DNA of 64,000 bases from the NCBI GenBank assembly GCA_004022145.1, contig RCNU01000003.1, one strand, 5' to 3'. This DNA is from Paecilomyces variotii (Eukaryota). The position numbers and the translations under genes are program-made. The notes under the pieces are model-generated. The model saw only the letters and a list, made by a program, of their open reading frames with translations, ran no database searches and was not told where the DNA came from. This document shows positions 1 to 12,222 of this stretch, piece by piece (position 1 is the stretch's first letter; every line of letters starts with the position of its first letter).

Positions 1-2395
1 TCACTTGTCGTCGAAGAAAGGTACGATGCAGCAAGAGAGACCCGTGCTCGAATTGTGTGAAAGCAGGCATCGAATGTGTCTTCCCCGGACCGGGACGTGC
101 GCCTCGAAAACCAAAGCGCCCCCAAGATGCGGAGCTGTTGGCGCGCCTGAGACGTCTAGAAGGCGTAGTGGAAAGCCTAGGAGCAAGTACCGCAGAGCAG
201 GCCAGTGCACCGATATCCTTCAAGGATCCTCCAGTCCCGACTAGCGATGGCCAGAAAAAAGAAACTCCGTCCAGAGAAGGCAGGCTGGGGACTTGTCCAC
301 CCTTCTTGGATAGAGATCCCAAATCTCTATTACCTCATAACACAGAACATGAGCTGGGTCGCCTCGTGATAGATGAAGGAAAGAGTCGATATGTCAGCAA
401 TAGGTTTTGGGCCAGCCTGGGAGATGAGGTAGGTAACATGATACGTTATCTGATTGCCCTTGCTCGACCATACCTTGAGTCCAAGGGAATTTCCCTGCAA
501 CCCGGATGTTGAGTCGCTGACCTTGTCAGATCGAGGAAATGCAGGACATACTCGACCCATCGTCCGGTGAGGAGGAAGACTATCCATCGCCGCAAGACTC
601 TATGAATTCAGGTGCTCATGACGGCTTTCTATTCGGCTATGCCTCTCTGGCGCATACTCTTCGCAACTACTACCCGACCCCAACGCAGCTTTTTGTGCTG
701 TGGAGATTCTATCAGGAGAATGTAGCCCCATTGATCACGATACTACATCAACCAAGCCTTCGCGCGATTGTCATCGAGGCATCGACTAACGCAGAATTAC
801 TCGATAAGAATACGGAAGCTCTTCTCTTCTCGATCTATTTTTCAGCTGTCATCAGCATGACCCCGCAGCAGTGCAGCTCGCAGCTGGGAGAAGACCGGGA
901 TACTCTCCTCCATCGATATCGATTTGCTGTTGAGCAGTCGTTGGCAAGGGCGGGTCTTGTGAATTCTCAGAACCTGATGCTCCTCCAAGCTGCAGTCCTC
1001 TTTTTGATCTGCGTGCGGAGGCACGACGATACGAGATTTGTCTGGACTATGACTGCAGTTGTTCTGCGGCTGGCTCAAGGGTTGGGCCTGCACCGTGATG
1101 GTACTAATTTCGGCCTGAAGCCCTTTGAGACAGAGATGCGCCGGCGACTCTGGTGGCACATCGTCCTCTTGGATGTACGCTCATCTGAGGACCATGGCAC
1201 AGATCCTCAGGTGCATGAGGCCTTCTTTGACACTCGACTTCCGTTGAATATCAATGATGACGATATTTTCCCCGACATGAAAGATCCCCCCGAAGAACGC
1301 GTTGGTGGCACCGAAATGACCTTCACTCTCGTGCGTTGTGAAGTGAACGCCACCGTTCGCCGATTGAGTTACGTACCGCCTGGCGCACGTTGTCGGGCAG
1401 GGGAACTGAGTGTCGAGCAGCGTGAGGCTCTGGTCGAGGGACTCAGCAAACGCCTTGAAGAACGCTATATTCGCCACTGCGACATGAATGTTCCTCTGTT
1501 CTGGGTATGTGCGACGATTTCAAGGCTCATTATAGCAAAGCTGTGGCTGGTTGTTTACCACCCTCTCTCCAAACACGACAATAGGCACAGCTTACCGATG
1601 GAGACCAGAGACCGTCTCTTCGTCACTTCCATCGAGGTCATCGAATTCGCTCATTTGTTGGAGAACAACGAAAATACGTCCAAGTGGAGCTGGTTATTCC
1701 GGACGTACATTCAGTGGCACGCCATTGCCTTTCTTCTGGCAGAGTTGTGCGTCCGTCCACTGTGTCCAGGCGTTGACCGGGCATGGATGGCGGTAAACTC
1801 CGTTTACAGAGAGTGGGAGGCCGAAGCTACGTTAAAGAAGGGGATGCTGTGGCGGCCCCTCTCGAGATTAATGAGACGCGCAACCGCCTTCAGGGCTCAG
1901 CAACAAGAGCAGCTTCGAGCCCAATACGGTCCCCATCCGCCCATCATCCAACCTGCCTCTACCGTCAGACAGGGTCCTGGTTTTGGTGAGCTTCCCGATA
2001 TCCCTGATCAATTGCATCACGTAGAGAGCCCATCATGTCCCGCACGATCATCAGTCTCTGTCGTGGGATCAGGCCAGCAGGGGAATACGATGGATACTTC
2101 TCTTAATGCAATCGATCTCAGAAAAGGGATTCCTGACGTGTTTAATGACATATTCTCGGGGTCGGAGTGGTTGGCTGGACCAAATCCTACGGTGTCTACT
2201 CCGTCAAGCCAACAACCCATGGGCTCATTGGCTTCGTACGATGCCTTTGGCAATCCGATACGGAGCTCAAACATTTCCAATTCCGAGTCCGGCTGGCCCG
2301 ACTGGGATCAAGTCGTGCGCGAGTTCCAGATGGATGTCCAACAAGCAGATGGGCCGCCTCCTCCGATGGGCGATGTGTCTGACTGGTTTGCCTGA
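1..2395 (+). CDS. Zn(II)2Cys6 transcription factor with fungal-specific TF middle domain (5' end lies before the window)
   Basis: Frame 3 from nt 3 reads TCRRRKVRCSKRDPCSNCVKAGIECVFP (Zn cluster missing only its first Cys). GT..AG intron 429-529 (branch GCTGAC) joins 'FWASLGDE' to 'IEEMQDILD'. Middle domain has 'LGLHRDG..FETEMRRRLWW'. Stop at 2395. Confidence 0.93.
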
Positions 2396-3094
2396 CGATC
2401 CTGGGCCATTTGCCCTTTCTCAAGTCACGATCGACTACGAAGTTATGCTGTGTATGTGCTTTGATAAAAGGGGTTACTCTCCACTTTCTCTGATCTTGTA
2501 CAACATTACTAGACCATCTAGACCATCTCATCTCTGGGACGAGTAGAAGCCGTCGTTGATGATGTATGAGTAATACCCTTGAACACGATTGATGCATATT
2601 CTCTATTCTACGTGCTACTATCTCTGATTGCCTGAATGCTTGGTAACATATCCGATGTAAGGAGCGGTTAAACCCGCAGATACTAACTACAGCATAATGA
2701 TCATCTTTCGCTCTGGATACGCTCTGAATACGCAAATCGGCTTGACTCCAGATCGCTGACAAACGGGCGTACCGAAATAGACCGAAATAATACAAAAATA
2801 CCGGAGCGACGTTGATCCAGACCCATATCCGGTTTAGCGTCGGAATTAGAGATGCTGACAGGAATCTTTGTAATACTCCCTTTCTGCCCGCCAAAGCGCA
2901 ATCCAATGCATCAGTAATATTTAATAATGGCTGACGGAGAATCTTCGAGGCGCCCAAACATGCTCGCAGTCAATGTCTCTGCTCGATTTAAAAGCGCTGA
3001 CCGGACCTGACCAAGCTAAGAGCAGCCAGCAAGACTGAAATCCGGCCAAACCAGAGCTCCCGCGAAGCTTCCACTCTCCGAGGCTTCCCCCTTG

Positions 3095-3101
3095 TATAAA
3101 A
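3095..3101 (+). promoter_or_regulatory. TATA box candidate for the pirin gene
   Basis: TATAAAA, 24 nt before ATG 3119 and about 225 nt before ATG 3320. Confidence 0.45.
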
Positions 3102-3319
3102 AGCCCCGCTCCCACCCCATGAAGCTCATTCTGTCATTCTTGATTTGTATTATAGCAATCGTCTTCTCCTATAACAGCGGATCCTTCAAGTACCTGATCT
3201 CTCGTCTACAACAGAACAGCCCAGCAGTACTAACACAGTACCTCGGAGTCAAAACGACTGAGATCTCCAATTCCACTTTGATTCCTGAACACCCAGTTAC
3301 CGTCCTACCCATAACAGAC

Positions 3320-4228
3320 ATGTCGGTTCCTCGTGCCATCCGCATGGCCTTCCAGGCCATTGAGACCGGAGAGGGTGCTGGTGCTCGCGTTCGCCGCTCC
3401 ATCGGTACTCCTAAGCTGCGCAACTTCAGTCCTTTCCTCATGCTCGACCACTTCACCATTGGCACTGGCGCCGGTTTCCCCGATCACCCTCATCGTGGAC
3501 AAGAGACCATCACATATCTCCTTTCTGGCGGTGTTGACCACGAGGACTTTGCTGGCAACAAGGGCACCATTGGACCGGGCGACCTCCAGTTCATGACGGC
3601 CGGCAAGGGTATCATGCACGCGGAGATGCCTCATGAGAACCCCGATGGAAGCCCCAACGTCGGTATGCAGTTGTGGGTCGATCTGCCCAAGAAGCTGAAG
3701 ATGTGCGAACCCCGCTACCGCGATCTGCGTGCCGGTGAGATCCCCACTGTGAACGTCGACGATGGCCGAGTCACCATTAAGGTCATCTCCGGTCAATCGC
3801 ACGGAGTCGACTCAGTGCAAGACCTGGCCTACACTCCCGTTTGGATCTTCGACATCACCATCCGCCCCGGTGGAAAGGTCAAGCAGCCTCTGCCTCAGGG
3901 ATGGAACGCATTCGCCTACACGCTCGATGGCACAACCATCTTCGGTTCTTCGGACCAGACCCGCCCAGTGAAGAAGTTCCACAATGTGGTCTTTGAGCAG
4001 AAGGGTGACTATGTCGAGATGTCAATTCCTGATAACGCGGAGGAAGAGGCGAGGATCTTCCTGGTCGCTGGTCAGCCTCTGGACCAGAAAGTTGTCCAGT
4101 ACGGTCCTTTTGTCTTGAACAGCCAGGAGGAGGTCTACCAGGCCATGCTCGACTACCAGAGCGGTGCAAATGGATTCGAGAGAGCTAGAGGCTGGCAGAG
4201 CGAGATCGGCAAGAGAATGGCCTTTTGA
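3320..4228 (+). CDS. Pirin family bicupin (possible in-frame N-terminal extension from ATG 3119)
   Basis: Intronless. Motifs 'GEGAGARVRRSIG', 'PFLMLDHF', metal site 'GFPDHPHRGQET', 'MTAGKGIMHAE', 'QLWVDLP', C-terminal 'VVQYGPFV'. Confidence 0.93.
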   Translation: MSVPRAIRMAFQAIETGEGAGARVRRSIGTPKLRNFSPFLMLDHFTIGTGAGFPDHPHRGQETITYLLSGGVDHEDFAGNKGTIGPGDLQFMTAGKGIMHAEMPHENPDGSPNVGMQLWVDLPKKLKMCEPRYRDLRAGEIPTVNVDDGRVTIKVISGQSHGVDSVQDLAYTPVWIFDITIRPGGKVKQPLPQGWNAFAYTLDGTTIFGSSDQTRPVKKFHNVVFEQKGDYVEMSIPDNAEEEARIFLVAGQPLDQKVVQYGPFVLNSQEEVYQAMLDYQSGANGFERARGWQSEIGKRMAF

Positions 4229-5808
4229 AAACGAAAAGAAAAGAAAGACAAAAGTGGGAAGAGAAGAGATGGAAATTTGATGCATGACACCATGATGTTA
4301 CTGATTTCTTGAATTGTATCTCTACAGTTGGAGTTGATGGATCCTCCACGATTTGTTTTCGCTGTTCTAATTAGCATTTTGTTTCGGAATTGATACCTAT
4401 AGAGTTGTACTGAATATATACATTGTCTCTACGAATAATTCATTTCCCCCCTAATCTATGGTTCCATTACATCGGACCAACTAATTAAATTCATCGACTT
4501 TGCAAATCAATTTTTATACCGTAGAGTCCCATTCGCCATCCTACCCCGCAAATCAATCAATATTCCCTGTCCTAGGAAGCTATATCCCTTCTACTTTCAC
4601 AACCTTTCATTCCCTCCCCTATAGCACATTCACCATTCCCAAATTGCACGGAACAATCCTCTCTCAGATACTCCCACTATAATCCTACAACCAGTCAAGT
4701 TACATCAAGCATCCAATTCACGTACCTCGAACAATTCCACTCTCCACGCTTGTCCTCTTCACTTTCATTCAAGGTCCGTACCGCACTTTGCGTGGGTATA
4801 AAATTAACTCCATGACCCCCTCGATCCTCGCGTTCTACTTTACATTTATACCTAGGTGGATGGTGGTGTCGGTTCTTCCTATGAAAGGGGGATTATATCT
4901 TCTTCTTGGAGACTATAGTATTTGTATTATAATCTATTTGGTACATTTCCGGACTAGTTCACTGTCTACCTTGATGATATCCTGATTTTGGGTTTGACGT
5001 ATATTTGCCACACTTCAAAAAATTTTGAACACAATGGCACCAGCTACGGCTTTGAAAGCTAAAGACCAAGGCCTCTCTCCAGACGAACTGTGCTACGGCA
5101 TCTACGCTGGCGAGCTTGGTGGCGGGCTTAACGCTCATAGCTCTCTACTACTTATTAGGCAGCTGCTAGACATGTTAGTCTACCATCCTCTTCTCCCACT
5201 TCAATTCAGAATACAAGAATCATCTCTATTCTTTCCCTTGATGTTATATCTACCAGAAAACGGAAAACACCGATTTCAGGTTATGGCGCTTCCCTTTTGA
5301 AATATATATATCTTCTTATGGGAACTTGACATCTTTTCTGATTAAGAATTTCTTTTTAGGATCCGTTTGGGCCTTTGTCGATTATACAGTCGTTATCTCG
5401 TTTCTGCTTTGGGGCCTAATCTGCTCTACCGAGCGAGGCTTTGTTCTTATCGATGCATTTCTTTATACCTGTGATCACACTCGTCCAACAACGACAATGA
5501 ATTTGGTCGTTGACCTACCTACCTTTCCCCGCAACGCTCAGGGACTTAGAATACTTCTTCTCTCTAACGGGATGGTTATTCCGACAATATATTCCAGGAT
5601 ACGCCGTTATCGCTGGTCCTTAAGTTCAGAGCCATGATCGAGAGATGTTGTTGTGTAGATTCCAAGCCCAAATTCATTATCTCTGAGATGACAAATTGCT
5701 ATATTTTTACACTTGAGAACCAGCAAATTCCATTCGTACTATTCTATGTCTATTATATTCATATATCGAAAGATCGATACACGGATGACGAATACTTATT
5801 TACTATGT

Positions 5809-5835
5809 GTCTGTCTGTCTGACTGTCTGTCTGTC
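5809..5835. repeat. (GTCT)n microsatellite, interrupted
   Basis: gtctgtctgtctgactgtctgtctgtc. Confidence 0.7.
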
Positions 5836-6529
5836 TCGTTTCCCGTCTCACTCGCGATGGATTTCGAACTTTCAGATATTGAAAAGGCGCCATGAAGGAC
5901 CAAGAAAGAAGGCTGCCAAAGAAGAGTTGCTTGTTCTAATAACGCACTGCACCATTCAGCCTCCAGCCGGGAGGGAACTCGTCGCCTCGTTGAGGGAGCA
6001 TGTCCTCGTCGTCACCCCTGTCCGCTTATAGTTGGTAGGCGAGCGTATAGGCCTATATGGTCTCGACAAGTCCTGGAAAGAGACCAGAGAAATCCTCAAT
6101 ACAAAAACTTATGACCTATACGGGAATCGTTCGCGATAAGGAAATCCGGGAAAAATCCGAGTTGTTGAGGATTTCTCAAAGTACCTAATCTAAGTATTAT
6201 CAGATTTCAATCGGAGAAATTTCCAGATCCGACACAGCGTTTCCTTGGTCCCTTCGGGCCCTGGAAGATACAATTCCGTGTGAAAACTCCAAGCACAAGC
6301 CGGAGCCGTCGAACAAGTGAGAACTCTCCCCGATTGGGTGAAATACAGGATATTTGACCTTAGCTAATTGATTGCCCTAATGTCTGACGAGAGATTAGCA
6401 AGCATGCAAGATTACGCACGTCGAACCAAGTCATCATCGCTGCCCATATTTTCCCCATATGGCCTCGTCAGCAAAGCGACTTTAGCATATGTTGGGAATA
6501 GGCGAGGGACAACAAGATGTGCATATCAA

Positions 6530-6809
6530 TGGAAGCATAGAGAGCAGCACCCATTCCCCGGCTTAGGACGTCGCCGCAAGGTGAGTCGCATACACATTGT
6601 ATATGTGTAATCATCGCTAACAGTTGCAGCGTGTGAAAGATGCTGTGACCTTGAAGAGATAGACTCCTGTCGCGACAAGAGTGAAGTCAAGCGGCGCGGC
6701 CTCAAAATGGCACTTGGTCCGTACCGACGCTGTGTTTCTGTGCCCGGTGTGGCGAACGGGGCTTGTGCAAACTGTATACAATTCAGTCGACAAAGCCAGT
6801 GCTCCTTGC
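6530..6809 (+). pseudogene. Decayed DUF3716-like Cys-rich gene fragment
   Basis: After intron 6581-6623 (GTGAGT..GCTAACAG) the frame reads AACERCC...LGPYRRCVSVPGVANGACANCIQFSRQSQCSL. This matches the remembered CxxC..GP(F/Y)xxCV..GACANC..CS pattern. The preceding exon frame has a TAG at 6538-6540. Confidence 0.5.
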
Positions 6810-7029
6810 GTAAGTTGCTGCATTGTCTCTTCCCCTGATTGTATAGACAACGTGCCAGATACAATAGCAATGGTATTGACATGAAAGCCATCATGATAGA
6901 GAACTACCTGAAAGACCTCGGGCCGCTAAAGGCCGCGCTCGACTATTGCACCCTTGCAACTGCCTGCCAGATCGCCCTTGAAGGCCGTGGGCCTCCAGAT
7001 TTCCAAGACCAGGTCATAGCGACCAAAAC

Positions 7030-7430
7030 AATATTTGTAGCGGCTCTCGGTTTAACTGGTGGCATATCGATGGCATTGTAATCCAAACAATTATTACCGA
7101 TATGTGCCATAAGCAGGCAGCTGGTAAGTCTGATAATTATTGGATTTACTAAGGTTCAATAAATATCTGTATACTAATACCTATTAGGACTTGGGCGATA
7201 CCTCCGTAGTATCGATAATACTAAAAGCTGGCAAGAACATACTAAGCATACCATCGTATTCTGCTTAGTACACTATTTTCGAGGCGTGCATCGAAAGTAT
7301 CGAAGCTTTGACGCCTATCATTTGATGCAAGCGCGCATGCATATTGGGGCAGATGTCTTTTCGCCCTGCAATACATTCAGTATATGCTCTTTTACAAAGG
7401 CTCGATTTGACACCCGCTTTGTGTACTGAT
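7030..7430 (+). mobile_element. Relic of a fungal MULE/Mutator-like DDE transposase
   Basis: Spliced across intron 7124-7187 (GTAAGT..ACTAAT..TAG): FNWWHIDGIVIQTIITDMCHKQAAG|LGRYLRSIDNTKSWQEHTKHTIVFCLVHYFRGV. This gives a catalytic-type D, GLG and CxxH. No intact upstream ORF or TIRs found. Confidence 0.55.
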
Positions 7431-7677
7431 CTCTGAAGCAGATATGCTAGAAAACGAGATTATAACAAGTATTTAGAACGCGCACTGTGCTCCTCCCACA
7501 GTGGAGAGAGTTGGGGGTCCTGCGAAACCTGCTGCGCTTTAAACATCTTCTACCTCGCCTGTCCATTTTGAGAACTACGAAAGTGAACTCTTCCAGATGT
7601 GACGCATCTCATGTATATACGTATAATATTGTGAATACATTCAGTGGAAAGATACATAAAAGGGAGTTGGTTTATAC

Positions 7678-9726
7678 TCAAGTAAACTGCCTCCAGAAAC
7701 TGTCGTCGAGAAATTCGAACAGACCAGCTGTATCAGGGACGACTAGATCATCACTAGAAGCTGAGCCACTATCACCATGAGATGGGCCCTGAGTTTGTTC
7801 AGTTGTGCTAGTCTGTGCCTGGAGCCGTGCCTTATGACATTCCTTCATTTGCTGCAAATTTGGAGTGAGCTTGACAAATATCTCCGGTATATCCATAGAT
7901 AATTCCGAGATGCTCGCTTGGGAGGTCGATCGACTGTATTCTCTTGCTTCTTCGAGCTTCTGATCAAATGTGCTAAGCACTTCGAAAAAGTCCATCTGGC
8001 TGCGTACATACTCCTGGTCCCACCCTTCACCATTGAAGAGAGAAAGCTTGGACAGGACAATGATTGCGTGGCCCAGTTGCGACCACAAAGGGTACGGAAG
8101 GTGGAAATATGAGGATGGCGAAAAGGAATGGAATGTGTCGAAGCATGCTTTTGTGGACTCCAAGCAAGATAGGAGAATCTCCAAGCGTGCCATTGGGAAG
8201 TTACCGTACCGGACGGCGCTCATTCTCTCATTCAACGCGACTGAGTATAGAAAGGTCTCCAGCGCATAGTAATTCATAAGAAGATCAGCTGATACACAAT
8301 GGTCAGATTGAACCGAGTTTACATTCCCGTTCCACAGAAAAGAGTAAATCGACTTACTGAAACCGGGAATGTCCTGAGGAAACGTGTGCTTCAGCTGTAC
8401 AAGCTCAGATTCTAACGATCTCACATAAGCCCCTATAGGAGCTGAGACTCCTAATTGAACTTCGAGTTCATCAAGAGAAAGAGAAAGTTTGATCTTATCA
8501 GCTAATCGATGTGCGCGCATCAGCTGTATAAGGAGCGTATCGGTGGGATATTCAGCTGCCTCTGCGACTAGTTGACAGCACTCCTCGGTGTATTTTGTGT
8601 ATCTTAGAGAAGCAATGTTTCTGGCATAGAGTGATACTCTGCTCCGTGGTCAATAATAGGAAAAGAAGAATAATGGCAACAGATATGATAGTCTGCATAC
8701 ATTGAAGTGAGATAGAAGACACCTAGATAGGCTCTCCTCTCTTCCAACGTTCTAGTTGTGTGTGGCTGTCCATCTTTCTCGAAGTATTTGGCAAGACCCA
8801 AAGCAAGCTTCGATGGGCTCTTTGGATGTGCTGCATTATTTAGGCACAGGTCCGTCATCATGGCCATGATTAGATGGAAAAGATTCGTTAGCTGAGAGCC
8901 GAGTCGAAGATGGAAATGATACCTTTCCGGATAGTCAGTCAGAGAACGCCAACCAATATATTTTGGACAACGTGCCATGCTAGATAGATAAGTAGTCCTT
9001 GAAGCATATCAAGACTTTGCTCCCCTTTGACGAGAACGGAGTAGCTTATGATCTCCCTGATCTTGTTTGCCATTGCAACTTGTCGCGAAGCATCGTGTCT
9101 ACAGCCTACCATCATCACTGTCGTGAAAAGGAATGGCTTCTCCCGCCTAAGGTCATTCAAACTGACTTCAGCAGGGATGATGACGAACGGAAAATGAGGC
9201 ATCATGTTAACTCGAAAATGATCCAACATCATCTCCGCTTCTCTGTCACTTGGGATGAATTGCCGTATAATTTCCGTCGGGGAGAGACCATACTGTCCAG
9301 CAGTCGGACTCGCAATTGTGGTCTGGCTCCCTGGATTGTTATTTTGTCTGGCTCGCTCTGAGGCCGACAGTATAGCGGCAACATTATCTAACTTCTGCTC
9401 CAGCCTGGCTACATCCCTTAATGAAACATTGGTACTCTGTCTTTTCAGTAATGATAGCGATTGCACTTACGAAGCATATGGTTTTGGTCTCTTCCGCCTA
9501 TGGGCCCCCGGCATTTGCATGCTGCATTGTTTCTTCAAGCGGCGACATCTAAGTAAGTGATATTAGCACTTTTTAATTAATCTCCTTGACGCATGATAAG
9601 AAAATACCGTTGGCAAATGCCGTCTTCTGCTTCAATCTCACATTTGACCTTTGCACGGGCACATGGAACGCAAGCCTTTGGGACGCGAGCGAGGCCAGAC
9701 GAGCCGGGCGGAGTCAACCGGAGCAT
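7678..9726 (-). CDS. Zn(II)2Cys6 transcription factor (multi-exon)
   Basis: ATG 9726: MLRLTPPGSSGLARVPKACVPCARAKVKCEIEAEDGICQR|CRRLKKQC (cluster split by an intron). Then 'DVARLEQKLD', 'FPFVIIP..LRREKPFLF', 'SLDMLQGLLIYLAW', 'RTLEERRAYLGVFYLTS'. Acidic C-terminus; stop at 7678. Confidence 0.9.
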
Positions 9727-9853
9727 GTCTATGCCGTCCTAGCGGCTAGGAATAGCGAAAATTATTTGATGAAAGATACAATGAGCGCCAATATGGTTGT
9801 CCGTTTGTTCCGTTCGTGTTACAAGATGAATGAATGCTGGTACGAGACCGACA

Positions 9854-9875
9854 CGGACACGGAGCTCCGTGTCCG
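9854..9875. promoter_or_regulatory. Perfect 22-bp palindrome, candidate Zn2Cys6 operator in the divergent promoter
   Basis: CGGACACGGAGCTCCGTGTCCG is its own reverse complement. It holds nested CGG-N4-CCG and CGG-N16-CCG and lies in the 331-bp gap between TF and MFS starts. Confidence 0.65.
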
Positions 9876-10057
9876 ACGGCATCCCGTCCTCAGAGCGCCC
9901 CAATCGGGAAGGGCTCAGGCCTAATGTAGATGGACTATACCCAGAATTCAAAACATCTGCAAGCATTGCAAGGAGAGGATCGGAGCAATCGGAACACTCA
10001 TCAAACAATAAGAATACAATATGGAAGTTTATTCAATATCCCATGTTTATCACCAAC

Positions 10058-12222
10058 ATGTCACATAGTACGCCATCCTCTGTTCTGCCCGATGCATCGG
10101 GAGGAAGCTTAGGTGACGAACAGTGTCTTTCTTCCAAAAGCAAGTCTACGAAGTCAAAATCCCCAGATGGACCAAACACTGTCTCTCATGCTCGGAGTGT
10201 GGATATACAACGAGATGTGCCCAGTGTTGACCATACCCGCCTCACTGGCATCAAGCTGTATATTCTCTTCGCCGCTGTATTATTTTCTACATTCCTTATG
10301 GCTCTTAATGGGTCCATAGTTTCAACGGTTCGTCCAATATATACCTCCTGTTAGGTTATCTAACCTAGTGGCGTCGTTGACATATGAAAGGCAATCCCCC
10401 AAATCACTTCTCATTTCAAGTCCCTTGACGACATCGGCTGGTATGGAAGCGCCTACCTTGTTTCGACGTAAGTTTTCCGATCGCATGTATGGATGCTTTT
10501 TGTATTAACAGCTCTCATAGTTGCTGTCTCCAGCCATTGGCGGGCAAATTCTATACGCACTTTCCAATAAAGGTACGGTACATACTCGCGCTCGTACACG
10601 GAGATGCTGACTTTGGAAGCAAACGTATATAACTTTCAGTGTAATCTTCTTCATCGGGTCTGTGATCTGTGGATCAGCTACTTCATCCAAAATGCTCATT
10701 GCTGGGAGAGCCATACAAGGTATCGGCGGAGCCGGATTGTTAAATGGAGCATTTACAACAATTGCGGCCGCGGCTCCGAAAGATAAGAAACCCAGTAAGG
10801 ACATCCGGAACATTTGCATCGAACTGTACTAATAGTTTTATGTGGAAACAGTGCTCGTAGGAGCCGGAATGGGAATTTCTACCCTGGGATCTGTCGTTGG
10901 GCCCCTGATCGGTGGTGCTTTCACACAGCATGTATCCTGGCGGTGGTGTACGTGTTTGTCTCTTACAATACCATGGTCAATTTCAACTTTCCTGACTGGC
11001 TCGACAGGTTTCTATATCAACCTTCCTCCTGGAGGTCTGGCAATTCTAATTCTTTCCACCCTTTCTATACCTGAGCAAATGGAAAAGAGGCCTGTTTGGA
11101 TCAATCTCAAAAACATAGTTACCGAAGAACTTGATCTTATAGGTTTCGCGCTCTTCGCCCCTGCCTGTGTCATGTTCCTACTTGCAATGATATGGGGAGG
11201 GACAACATATCCATGGAGGTCTTCAACGATCATTGGACTCTTTTGCGGTGCATTCGCGACGCTACTGGTGTGCGTCGCATGGGTTATGTATAGGGGAGAT
11301 AAAGCTATGATACCACCCAATATCGCACGAAAAAGACTCGTTATATTCGGGTGTTTCACATCCTGCTTCCAGATGGGGGCGGTGTTATTGCTCTCTTACT
11401 ATCTGCCGATCTGGTTCCAAGTCGTCAAGAATGCAAGCCCGACTATGAGTGGCGTCATGATACTCCCTACAGCTATTGCACAAATTCTCGGTGCGGTATT
11501 AGCTGGAAAATTCGGTATGCCTTCTCTCTGGTGACAGCGTCGGAGTGTTTCTAACTCCTTGACAGTTGAGTTGATCGGCTATTGTACCGCGTGGGCACTC
11601 TTTGGGTGCACGTTGAGCTCCATAGGTGCAGGATTGATGACCACCTTTCTGCCATCAACTGGCGCTGGTCCGTGGATCGGCTATCAGATACTTATGGGTA
11701 CCGGTCGAGGGTCTGTTCTTCAGATGGTAAGCAATATCTCATCTTACTATTTATTGCTGTTAATAATGAATTCGCGCAGCCCATTACGGCCATCCAGAAC
11801 CTCTTGCCAGCGCAAGACGTTGCGATAGCTTCATCCCAGGTCTTCTTCTTCCAATACCTAGGAGGCGCCATATTCCTCGCCGTTGGTGAAACCATCTTTA
11901 CGAACGGCTTGCGTTCTTCGTTGCAAACATACGCTCCGAACGTTGACGCGCAAACGATAATCAATGCCGGTGCTTCTGGTGTACGAAGCACAGCCCCGCC
12001 AGCTGATCTTGCAGCTGTGCTCCTTGCATATAACCATGCTCTGGTGCATACTTTCGTAAGTTAACGGATATGCCAATCTCGATCATGTTACTAACAAGGT
12101 TTAAAATCCAGTATCTGGCACTTGGAGGATCTGCTGCGTCTTTCTTGACCGGTTTCGGTATGGGATGGCAACGAATCCCCCGAAAAGCAGCCAAGAAGAA
12201 GGATGAGAAGGTTTCTGCGTAG
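10058..12222 (+). CDS. MFS drug:H+ antiporter (DHA2/14-TM efflux pump), many introns
   Basis: 'FLMALNGSIVST|AIPQITSHFKSLDDIGWYGSAYLVS', 'LIAGRAIQGIGGAG', 'GPLIGGAFTQHVSWRW|FYINLPPG', 'YYLPIWFQVVKNASPTMSG', 'QYLGGAIFLAVG'. Stop TAG at 12220-12222. Confidence 0.92.

Noticed and set aside
2196..2957. 253-aa minus-strand ORF
   Set aside because: No recognisable motif, non-ATG start, and it overlaps the TF 3' end and the pirin promoter.
4450..5550. Coding-like tracts on the minus strand
   Set aside because: Stops in all frames and no family recognised; only degenerate sequence can be claimed.
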